From the NCBI RefSeq assembly GCF_009914755.1, contig NC_060937.1: a DNA stretch of 64,000 nt; one strand, 5' to 3'. The position numbers and the translations under genes are program-made. Shown piece by piece: positions 52,960 through 64,000 of the stretch (positions within the stretch are counted from its first letter, which is position 1; every line of letters starts with the position of its first letter). This DNA is from the human T2T-CHM13v2.0 reference genome, Homo sapiens. The notes beneath the pieces are model-generated. The model was given only the letters and a program-made list of their open reading frames with translations, was not told the DNA's origin and made no database searches.

Positions 52960-54278
52960 TCCCACCCTCTCCTTTCTGAGTTTCCAGAGTCCATTATAAG
53001 CATACCTATACGTATAGCTCCCACTTGTAAGTGAGAACATATGGTAATTGGTTGTCCATTCCTGAGCTACTTCACTTAGAATAATAGCCTCCAGCTCCAT
53101 CCAAGTTGCTGCAAAAGACATTATTTTGTTCTTTTTTATGGATGAGTAGTATTCCATGGTGTATACATACCACATTTTGTTTATCTACTCATGGGTCAAT
53201 GGGGATTTAGGTAGGTCATTACCTTTGCAATGTTGAATTGTGCAGCAATAAACATGCATGTGCAGGTATCTTGTTGATACAGTGACTTATTTTCCTTTGG
53301 GCAGATACCCAGTAGTGGGATTGCTGGATTGAATGGTAGATCTACTTTTAATTCTCTAAGAAATCTTTATACTGTTTTCTGTAGAGGTTGTATTATTTTA
53401 CATTCCCATCAGCAGTGTATAAGCGTTCCTTTTTCACAACATCCACACCAACATCTGTTGTTTTTTGACTTTTTAATAATGGCCATTCCTGCAGTGGTAA
53501 AGTGGTATCTCACTATGGTTTTAATTTGCATTTCCCTGATAATTAGTGATGTTGAGCATTTCTTCATGTTTCTTGGCCATTTGTATATCTTATTTTGATA
53601 AATGTCTATTCATGTCATCTGCCCACTTTTTGGTAGAATTATTTGTTTTTTTCTTGCTGATTTGTTTGAGTTCTTTGTAGATTCCAGAATTAGCCCTTTG
53701 TCAAATGCATAGTTTACAAATATTTTCTCCCATTCTGTGGGTTGTGTATTTACCCTGATGATTATTTCTTTTGCTGTGCAGAAGCTTTTTAGTTTAATTA
53801 GGTCTCATTTATTTATTTTTGTTTTTATTGCATTTGCTTTTGGGGTCTTAGTTATAATTTTTTTTGCTTAGGCCAACATCCAGAATAGTTTTTCCTGGTT
53901 TTCTTCTAGAATTTTTAGGGTTTCAGGTCTTATTTATAAGGTCTTTGATTCATCTTAAGTTGATTTTTGTATAAGTTTTATTCTTCTACATGTGGCTATC
54001 CAGGTTTCCTAGTACCATTAATTAAATAGGGTACCCTCTCTCCAGTTTATGTTTTTGTATGCTTTGTCAAAGATCAGTTGGTTTTAAGTATTTGGTTTTA
54101 TTTCTGGGTTCCCTATTCTGTTCCACTGGTCTGTGTATCTACCATGCTGTCTTGGTGACCACAGCTGTGTAGTATAACTTGAAGTCAGGCAATGTGATGC
54201 CTCCAGATGTATTCTTTTTGCTTAAGATTGCTTTGGCTGTTTGGGTCCTTTTTTGGTTCCATATGAATTTTAGGTTGT
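52960..54278 (-). mobile_element. L1PB-like LINE-1, 3' segment
   Basis: Reverse 3'UTR and ORF2 end (MWYVYTMEYYSSIKKNKIMSFAATWMELEAIILSE at 52894-53175), running to ttggttccatatgaattttagg. Confidence 0.93.
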
Positions 54279-55017
54279 CAATATCCTCAATAAAATACTA
54301 GCAAACTGGATCCAATAGCACATCAAAAAGATAATACAAGTGTGTTTCATCCCAGGGATGCAGAGATGATTTAACATATGTGAGTCAATAAATGTGATAC
54401 ATGACATAAAGAGAATTAAAAATAAAAACCATATGATCATCTCCATAGATGCAGAAAAAGCATCTGATAAAATCCAACATCGCTTTATGATAAAAACTCT
54501 CAACAAACTAGGCATAGAAAGAACATACCTCAAAATAATAAAAGCCATATATGACAAACCCACGGCCAACATCATACTGAATAGGGAAAAGTTGAAAGCA
54601 TTCCCCCTGAGAACTAGAACAAGACAGGGATGTCCACTTCTATTCAACATAGTACTGGAAGTTCTAGCAAGAGCAATCAGGCAAGAGAAATAAATAAAGG
54701 GCATCCAAATTGGAAAAGAGGAAGTCAAACTATCATTGTTCACTGATTATATGATCATATATCCAGAAAATCCTAAAAATAAAATATCTAGGAATATACT
54801 TAACCAAGGAGGTGAAGGATTGCTACAAGGAGAACTACAAAACACTGCTGAAAGAAATCATAGATGACACACACAAATGGAAACACATCCCAAGCTCAAG
54901 GATTGGATGAATCAATATCCTGAAAATGACCACATTGCCCAAAGCAATCTACAGATTCAATGCAATTCCTGTAAAAATACCAACATCATTTTTCTTAAAA
55001 TTACAAAAAACAAACCC
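54279..55017 (+). mobile_element. Inverted 5' segment of the same L1 (ORF2 RT region)
   Basis: Peptide [32 protein letters not shown]...[21 protein letters not shown] (54394-54693), in opposite orientation to the adjacent L1 segment. Confidence 0.92.
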
Positions 55018-55386
55018 ATTTTAGCTCATAATTTTTGAGGTTCAGGAATCCAGAAGCCGTTTAGCTGGGTAGGTCTGACTCATGGTCTATAAGGAGGTTA
55101 CAATCAAGATTTTGGTCAGAACTTCAGGCATGGAAGCTGGCTTCCCGCAGACTGAGTGACGCAAGAATGAATGAGAGGCAGTGATCTGAGACAGTGCTGA
55201 GGTTGTTTATAATCTAATCTTGAACGTGTCATCCCATCACTTCTCTCTTTCTTTTTTTTTTTTTTTTTTTTGTTGTTGTTGTTAGAAGGGAGTCATGAGA
55301 TCCAGTCCTACTCAAGGGGCATTACATAAGGGAATGAATACCAGGAAGTGGGGATCACTCAGTACCATCTTGGTACCTACTACACA
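55018..55386 (-). mobile_element. MLT1 (MLT1F-like) MaLR LTR, partial
   Basis: tcaggaatccagaagccgtttagctggg...gctggcttccc...ccatcacttct...tgaataccaggaagtggggatcact...ccatcttgg...ctacaca. Confidence 0.75.
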
Positions 55387-56129
55387 TGGATATGCCCAAC
55401 ACTGCCTGGGCCAAAAAAAAAAAAAGGCTGGGCCTGAAACCCTTGCTCCATGACAGGGCTGCCTGGGGAGTTTTCTGATGACATGGAGAGTTCCAGTAAA
55501 GAGAGTACATTTCAAAAAGAGAACCATAAGAAGCAGATCTAACACCAAATTGCTATAATCAGTCTGACACAGATAATGAGCAGAAAAAGTTAGAAAGGGG
55601 GCTATACTTAATGCCCATGAGCAGCGTAGCTCTGGCTTGTTTAAACTCAGTGATCACTCAGCAAATGATGCTAAATTTTCAGATGCTTTTGTTTAGAAAA
55701 CAGCCCCACCCCAAAAGACAATGAGGTGGGGTGTCCTTAGAGACTATCCATGTTTCCATGTTTTATGGATTTCTCACAGAGAGACAGCTATCACAGAAAA
55801 TATTCAAAGGACCTGCATCATACTGTGGTCAGCTGCCTCTGCATTCACTGGGAATTTGTTAGTAAATACGTGAAAACGATTTTGTTTTTAAAACTTTATA
55901 GCCTTCTCAAACTATCTCTACAGTAGTACTTATATTTATTGTAAGACCAGTAACAGAAGATATTTTGAAAAGAACACTTCTGCCTTCTGAAGTCTTTAAA
56001 TTCATGACCAAAACCAACAATGCACAAAAAAGGAAATACATGTGGCTGGTACTATGCAGGGTCAGTGGGCAGCAGGTCTGCCTTACCTGCAAGGGCCTTG
56101 GGAAGGAATGGCAAATAAAGTTTCCCATT

Positions 56130-56440
56130 GGGAAAGAACAGGCACTCTCACGCATTGCTGGTAGGAGGGTACATTTACAACCTCCATGGAGGTCAATTTG
56201 GCAATATACATAAAAATTACAACATGCTTTCACCCTTTGACCCAAACATTCCACTTGTAGGAATTTATCTTAAGAATTCATTTTCACACATGTGAAAGGT
56301 TGTATGCATAAAGTTATTCAATGCAACACTACTTGTAGTGGCAAAAGACTTGGAATAATCTAAATATCAGTGGAGGAATGGTACAAAAATTATGGTGTAT
56401 CTTCATAATATAAAATTATACAGCTATAAAAATGTATGAA
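56130..56440 (+). mobile_element. Old L1ME-like fragment
   Basis: ggcactctcacgcattgctggtaggag...caatttggcaata...ccctttgaccc...attccacttgtaggaatttatc. Confidence 0.7.
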
Positions 56441-57075
56441 GCTGTCCACACAAAAACCTGCACACAAATATTTATAACAGCTTTATTCATAATTGCCACA
56501 ACTTGGAAGAACCAAAATGTTTAACAGTAGGTGAACAGGTCAATAAACTGTGGTACATCAGATGATATTATTCAGCACCAAAAAGAAATGAGCTATCAAA
56601 ACACAGAGGAAACCTAAATGCATATTGCTAAGTGAAAGAAGCCAATTTGGAAAGGCCATATACTGTATGACTCCAACTATATGACATTCTGGAAAAGGTA
56701 AAACTATGGACACAGCAAAAAGATCGGTGGTTGCCAGGAATTAAAGGAGAGGAAGGGACGAATAGGCAGACCACAGAAAAGTTTTAGGGCAGTGAAGCTG
56801 TCTTGCATGATACCATAATGGTGGACAAATGCCATTATACATTAGTCCCAACCCACACGTGTACACCAAGAGACAACGCTAATGCAAACTATGGACTGTG
56901 GATGATAAGGAAGAGTCCAGGTAGGTTCATAAGTTGTTACAAATGTACCACCCTCGTGGGGGATGTTGATGGTGGGAGGGGTTGTTCCCGTGAGGGAGCA
57001 GGGGCATCTGGGCTTTCTGCTCAATTTTGTTGTGAACCTAAAACTGTTCTAAAATATACAGTCTATTTTTTTAAA
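56441..57075 (+). mobile_element. L1MC1/2-like 3' end nested in the L1ME
   Basis: tgtccacacaaaaacctgcacac...ccaactatatgacattctggaaaagg...aaatgtaccacc...tgtgaacctaaaactgttctaaaa. Near-TSD aaaaa(t/a)gtatga on both sides. Confidence 0.85.
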
Positions 57076-57266
57076 AAAGTATGAGAAATCTTTTTGTGTA
57101 GTAACATGGAACATCTCCAAAAACAGGTTGTTAAGTAACAGAAACAAGGTCTCTCCTGTGAGATTATTCAGTGGAAAGAGAATTTTGCAAAGCAGTGTAT
57201 CGACCTTTTTCAGGTAGCTCAGTAGTATGAGGAAGTATTGGACTAATTTCCCTTTCCTACTATTCT

Positions 57267-57973
57267 TTTTATATATATATATATTTATTTATTTATTTAT
57301 TATACTTTAAGTTCTAGGGTACATGTGCACAACGTGCAGGTTTTTAACATATGTATACATGTGCCATGATGGTGTGCTGCACCCATTAACTTGTCATTTA
57401 AGTAAGGTATATCTCCTAATGCTATCCCTCCCCCCTCCCCCACCCCATGACAGGCCCTGGTGTGTGATGTTCCCCATCCTGTGTCTAAGTGTTCTCATTG
57501 TTCAGTTCCCACCTATGAGTGAGAACATGCCGTGTTTGGTTTTCTGTCCTTGCAATAGTTTGCTCAGAATGATGGTTTTCAGCTTCATGCATGTCCCTAC
57601 AAAGGACCTGAACTCATCCTTTTTTACGGCTGCGTAGTATTCCATGGTGTATATGTGCTGCATTTTCTTAATCCAGTCTATCATTGATGGACATTTGGGT
57701 TGGTTCCAAATCTTTGTTATTGTGAATAGTGCCACAATAAACATACATGTCCATGTGTCTTTATAGCAGCATGATTTATAATCCTTTGGGTATATACCCA
57801 ATAATGGGATGGCTGGGTTTAATGGTATTTCTAGTTCTAGATCCTTGAGGAATTGCCACACTGTCTTCCACAATGGTTGAACTAGTTTACAGTCCCACCA
57901 ACAGTATAAAAGTGTTCCTATTTCTCCACATCCTCTCCAGCACCTGTTGTTTCCTGACTTTTTAATGATCGCC
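57267..57973 (-). mobile_element. 5'-truncated L1PA (L1PA4/5-like) 3' end
   Basis: ttatactttaagttctagggtacatgtgcacaacgtgcagg 3'UTR and an open ORF2p C-terminus (AIIKKSGNNRCWRGCGEIGTLLYCWWDCKLVQPLWK...MFSLIGGN*). TSD tttccta(c/g)tattct at 57253-57266 and 57974-57987. Confidence 0.96.
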
Positions 57974-58034
57974 TTTCCTAGTATTCTAAAGGATTTGAGG
58001 GGAAAGACTGGCACTCACAGTATAACTGTGTATT

Positions 58035-58341
<307 letters not shown>

Positions 58342-59716
58342 TTATTTTTAAAATATTGCTTGGCTCCCAGGAATATCAGTGGCAGCATCTGGTGAGGAGT
58401 GCAGATGTCACAATTTTAGAGGGCTTCCATGGGTTGCCCAGAATCAGGTTGCAGTCCCAAAGTACATCCAAATTGGCCAGTTTATCTTGACTCCAAAGCA
58501 AACAGTTCATTAATCATAGTGTAACCCCTTCTCACCCTGTCTCTCTATTGCCTGCCTGTAAGGAAAGTTACGTATTTATTTACTGAACAAAACAAAACTC
58601 TTGCTTCCAGCTGGTGGGAAAAAAGGTCAAATTGCCAAGCCGTGATGTAATTAAAGGGCTAATGGTAAATAACTTGGAGGTCATGTCTACGGTATAGCAC
58701 TATTTGGAAGAACAGTGGAGTGTTAAGCAGTTAGAATGCCTTTGATGACATTGAGATGGAAAGAATGTAAGCATATTGGCAAAGTTCACTGTACAGGGGC
58801 TGCTTTTGGCCATCACCTCAGAGGGTCCAAACAGGCCTGAAATCGATAGGAACTCAGATCTGGTGCCATTTAAGAAAAGAAAAAAGAGGGGGAGGTAGAA
58901 GAATGGATCTGTTGTTTTTGGAAGACATGGGCAGAAACCGCCAAATTCTGATGCTTGGTTTTAGGAGCGAAATTATAAAAAGCTGAAGTGACCTAACCCA
59001 GGAGGCGAAGAACATATTGCCACTGGCTCTGATGGCCTGCAAAATTCTTTCTAGATGCCTGACTTCATGGAAGGGGGAAGAGGAAAGCAGGAAGGAAACA
59101 TAGGGAGTGACAGCAACAGAAATTCATGGGGGAAAGCACTTTATACTTCCTCAGAAGATATCATGTTATTGCAGTTCTCACCAAAATTTTATTGGAGACT
59201 ATTTATTTTTCCAAAACAATATATATACAACTTTTAATGATGTGTGATTGCACATCAGAGTAGCGAAAGCAATTCATTCACTTTTTACTGAGTTCCCTAC
59301 GTCGGGTGCTGAGGTGCAAGGATACAAATGACAAACCCACACAGAGGACCAGCAGCAAGGCCCCTATAAAATATGGTTTCTCTGAGCATATGCAAGCTGG
59401 CCAGGGATGGGTCTGCCAGGACCTCATCTGTTCAAGGCCAGGACCAGTCACTTGGGATATAGAGACTGGATGTACCAGGGCCAACCAGGGGCCAGAGTAG
59501 CCAGGTGTCTGGCCTTGGACCAGACAGTCTGGTATTTGAGCTAATTTTCCCTGGAAGAAAAATGGGAAAATACTAGCCATGTTAATGTTGAGTATTTTTA
59601 CATTGGTCAGCTTTATTTTTATCATGTTATGAAATGCTTGTCCCCAAGAATTCTCCATCATTCTTTAGGTGCGTGGTATGCGCTGCTGCTGCACCAATTT
59701 GATGCCCTCATGCCAA

Positions 59717-60012
59717 GAAGCCTGCATTTTGATTTTCGTGGGCCTTAGGCAGTTTTACCTTTGCGGACCCCTTTAAAAAATTAAAAATTAAATTTCAAAA
59801 TATTTCAAAAATTTACTTTTTAGAATTGTATTTTATGACAGTATTGGTGTATAGATGAATATATTCATATTAAATATAAAAACCTTTTCTTTGACCTAAT
59901 AGTTCATTTTTTCCTTCTGATTTTAAAAGAAGTTAGGACATTTTTGTAGGCCCCTAAAGGACGGTGGCCCTAGTACTATGCTTGTGGTGCCTCATGGATG
60001 AATTGGTCCCAG
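59717..60012 (-). mobile_element. ORSL-like hAT-Tip100 element
   Basis: ttcgtgggccttaggca...ttctttgacctaatagttcattttttccttctgattttaaaagaa...ggcccctaaag...tgcctcatggatgaattggtccc matches the recalled ORSL consensus in reverse. Confidence 0.75.
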
Positions 60013-60706
60013 ATGCCACTTAAGCCTCACTGTCAAAGTGACACCTCCACTAGAGAAGGCAGTAGACGGGCAGAGCTCTGAATTCGCTGTGGCATCATAT
60101 GCTGACCAGCTGGCATTAGAGATGCCAAATTTTTTTTTTGTAGACATGTATTCATGGCAGTTTTTTTTCTTATTTCTTGTAGCAGCTTAGGACTTGTCAA
60201 CCCACTGCTTGTTCTGTGTTCCACACTGGTATTCAAAGATGTGAAAGCAAGAAGAAGGCTAGGATGAGCAACACAACAGAATAACTCAAGCAACAGAGCA
60301 ATTCTGAAACACAAGGAAAAAGGACTTACTCATACTTCCCTCATGGATTATCTGAGAATTGAATGAAAACAATCAGTAATGTATTCAATTCATAACAAAT
60401 GTCACCAGTGAAAAGAACAGAGAACTGACAAAAGCTAAAACTACACAAAGTGAGATTTGCTCATGCATTAATGTAAACAGGAAAAAATAAAATCCTGGAG
60501 AATTTTAGATCTGCAAAATTTGATACAAGAAAGTTGGATTTTGTAAGAGTAAAATAAAAAGATACAGAACAAAATTCACACTGACAAAACTACAAAATAT
60601 GACAAATCAGTAATCTAAATCTTGAAAAGGTGAAAAGATAAAATGACAAATCATACTAATTCAAATAACTTTTCAAACACAAATACAAGACAGAAAAACA
60701 TAACCA

Positions 60707-61007
<301 letters not shown>

Positions 61008-62232
61008 AAAAACATAACCACATCGTATAGAAAATGGGCCATATAATTAAAGTATGGGTAGTAAAATTCACTTGGAAAAATTAATCAATGTGCATAAAAT
61101 CCTAGTGAAAATGGTGGTCATAACATGTACCTAATATATCCTTATAATTAAAATGATAGAATTAATAAAAATTCTGAGTTAAAATTGTATAAAGAGATAT
61201 TGCATGTCCTGAAAGTCAGTGCAGTTACAAGTTATTAAAGTAATTTAGTTTTAAAGCCTAGTTTTCTGAAATACAGGTTTAAAATTTTAATTTAGGTATC
61301 TGTGTACATTTACCATCACTACTGCATAGGAATAGTCTTGAAGGATAGCCCCTAACAGATACCAGAGGTTGCCTCTGGGGAGGGATGTAGATCCACGTGA
61401 GATAAAGGTTATGAAGGAAGAATTTTCGTTTTATATTTTGTATAAGGTATTATTCATCCCACCAGACAGCTAGTACCAAAAAGAGGCATATTCTATCTTT
61501 TTAATCAATCTCTTGTTGCCCTGCACATGGCTGTTCCTGCTTTTCCACCCAGCAGTATCTTGTGTCTTCATCACTTCCCTTCAATGCTTTACAAACTTAC
61601 TCTCCTTCATTTTCTGAAGTTGCAGTCAGCTTCCCATTGGTGCTGTCTTTCCCCTTCCTCATATGAGAGCATCCATTTTGATTTACAGCTGGAACAATAT
61701 ATACATCTCTGTGTAATAAATAGGACAAGAATTATCCCAACTTACAGATGGGCGAGTGCTTCAAGTAGGCAACTTCCTAAGTGGGCAAGTTTAGAATACG
61801 TCTTTCAAGGTTATCCAAGGTTGTCCAAGTAAGTTCACAACCACATTCCCAGCTCAGAGGTCCCTTTATGGAGATTACACTTCTGAGCCTTTAACCTTGT
61901 AGGCATTAGCACAATGTTCTACTTAAAAGAAGACAGATCCTAGGTCTACCCCCAGATCAAACACCTGCAATAGGTTTCCATTGCCTCATTAAAACAGTCC
62001 AACTACAGATATGTAGGGAAAATGGGGACTTAGAATCAGAAGAATTTGGAGAAAATTATTCATGTTGCAAAACTCATTGTTTTCTAAAGAATTCCTTTAC
62101 ATCTTCAACTCCCTGTTGAAGCTATGTGATTATTTTGTGGTTCACTAATTATAAAAGTATAATGTAGTCAGAGATGACAGAGAGAGTAAAGAGAACACAA
62201 TCCTTTCCCATTTTTAATATTTGAAGTTTATT

Positions 62233-62236
<4 letters not shown>

Positions 62237-62278
<42 letters not shown>
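62237..62278. repeat. (GT)21 microsatellite
   Basis: Uninterrupted GT run of 42 bp. Confidence 0.97.
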
Positions 62279-62285
<7 letters not shown>

Positions 62286-62399
62286 AGATGGGGTCTTGCT
62301 ATGTGCTCAGGGTGGTCTCAAACTCCTGGCCTCAAGTGATCCTCCTGCCTCAACCTCCTGAGCATCTGGGATTACAGGTATAAGCCACAGTGCCCAGCT
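62279..62399 (-). mobile_element. FLAM / Alu left monomer
   Basis: tagagatggggtcttgctatg...ctcctggcctcaagtgatcctcctgcctc...gggattacagg...gtgcccagct, a single monomer. Confidence 0.88.
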
Positions 62400-63038
62400 T
62401 CCTTTCCTGTTTCTGAAGATGATGTGGAAGAAGTCGGCCTCTAAATGAAATGAAACGCCAATGCTCTAAGACTTAAGACTGCCAGGAAGTCTCATAGCTC
62501 TGCAGTCTAGAGACCAGCTGGTCCAGCACCCACTCTGCCTTCCACTCTGCTTTTTCTCCACACCCTGGTCACTTCCATGGAACCTCCTTAAGTGTGCTGG
62601 TCAGGCCCTGGAGTGGGTGACAGAATGCTGGATGATGAGTCTGTGCCTAAATCCATGTTTAGCTGGTGGAGTTGCCAGCTCCTTTCAGTCTAGGAAAAGT
62701 CAAAAGCCACTTTGGGTTAGATACCTTCTGTTCTTCATGAGTCCCTTGGCTGAACCTTCTCAGTTGAGCAAGTGCAAGGTGAGCACACGCTGTTTGCCCT
62801 TTTCTGTCACCTGTCTTAGTTCCTTGCCCTTTTCCATCACCTTAGTTTTCTGTTAGTACACAAAGCTCAGAGACGAAGTGAAGAAGTTTGCAGAAAGAGT
62901 TCTGAAGTCTTGTGAGGGAAAAGATTCTAGACCCCCAGCCATTCCTTCTCTGCATTTGGAGTTTGGGAAACCTGTCCTGGTAGAGCAGAGTTGCCCCATC
63001 TGATAATTCTATATGTTCAAGTGAGAGAGTATCTAGAG

Positions 63039-63568
63039 CAGCAGTCTCCAGCCTTTTTGGCACCAGGGGCCAGTTTCGTGGAAGGCAATTTTTCCATGGA
63101 CCCGGGGTGGGGAGATGGTTTCAGGATGATTCAAGTGCATTCTGGTTTATTGTACACTTTATTTCCATTATTATTACATTGTGATATATAATGAAACAAT
63201 TATACAATCTGACATAATGTAGAATCAGTGGGAGCCCTGAGCTTGTTTTCCTGCAACTAGGTGGTCCCATGTCGGGGTGATGGGAGACAGTGACAGATCA
63301 TCAGGCATTAGACTCTCATGAGGAGCATGCAACCGAGATCCCTCGCATACACAGTTCACAATAGGGTTTGCACTCCTATGAGAATCTAATGCTGCCTGCT
63401 GATCTGACAGGAGTCAGGGCTCAGGTGGTAATGCAAGCTATGAGGAGCAGCTGTAAATACAGATGAAGCTTCTCTCACTCACCTGTCACTCACCTCCTGC
63501 TGTGTGGCCCAGTTCCTAACAGGCCACAGACCAGTACCAGTCTGTGGCCCTGGGGTTGGGGGCTCCTG
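63039..63568 (+). mobile_element. MER1A hAT-Charlie element, full length
   Basis: cagcagtctccagcctttttggcaccagggg...gcattagactctcatgaggagc...ggggttgggggctcctg. 8-bp flanks atctagag and gtctggag fit the hAT TSD length and the Charlie nTCTAGAn preference. Confidence 0.93.
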
Positions 63569-64000
63569 GTCTGGAGAGTATAGAGTAAACTCTAACAGGA
63601 GTGCAGAGGCTGACCATGGCACTTTGGGATGCTGTGGGGTGGAGAGCCTTGCTTTTACCTCAAAATATAAAATTGTATGCCCCAGTTAATCTGAGTAGGA
63701 ATAATATCATTGGCTCCCTTTAGCATAGCTGTGATAGGCTGAGAGCACTCTCAGAATTTAATTAATTCTCAAGGAAAATCAATGGGGGAGAAACACAGAT
63801 ATATAAGATAGGATTCAATTTCCAAAGATTACCTTCTGATCTGGTCACATCAGGTGCTTCCAGGCCTTAAAGGCCTTATCATCTTTTCAAAGTCACATTG
63901 TCTTGACATGCCTGTATCCTATCCCGCATCGCTATAATTTTGTGGAACCTCATCTGTGACTCTACTTCCTAAGTCTGAGCATGTTTATGACTAGAGAGTA

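Noticed and set aside
54270-54743. 157-aa hydrophobic minus-strand ORF resembling a membrane protein
   Set aside because: It is the well-known antisense translation of A-rich L1 ORF2.
58600-58680. NFI-half, TAATTA and FOX-like motifs in unique sequence
   Set aside because: It is a plausible enhancer, but the motifs are short and common and there is no independent support.

Overview
This is primate, very probably human, non-coding genomic DNA (intronic or intergenic). It has no CpG island, no recognisable protein-coding exon, and no rRNA, tRNA or CRISPR array. Much of it is transposon-derived: about 12 Alu/FLAM copies, L1 fragments of many ages, L2, MIR, MaLR solo LTRs, and hAT, Tc1/mariner and Mutator-type DNA-transposon relics. 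Many of these are nested and several keep readable target-site duplications (TSDs). The listed ORFs are repeat-derived or chance. Repeat family names come from recalled consensus sequences, not from a RepeatMasker run, and boundaries of old repeats are approximate. I cannot establish a new biological system. The most unusual signals are: a perfect 25-bp-arm palindrome (6447-6504); a three-way overlapping hairpin module (41679-41721); a probable ancient L1 3' transduction (35266-36135); a very decayed non-LTR reverse-transcriptase fossil (40020-40575); a Ricksha/MULE element with TIRs, a 9-bp TSD and a transposase remnant; a twin-primed inverted L1; an internally rearranged Tigger3; and candidate minus-strand exons near a G4/GC-box/CTCF-like cluster.
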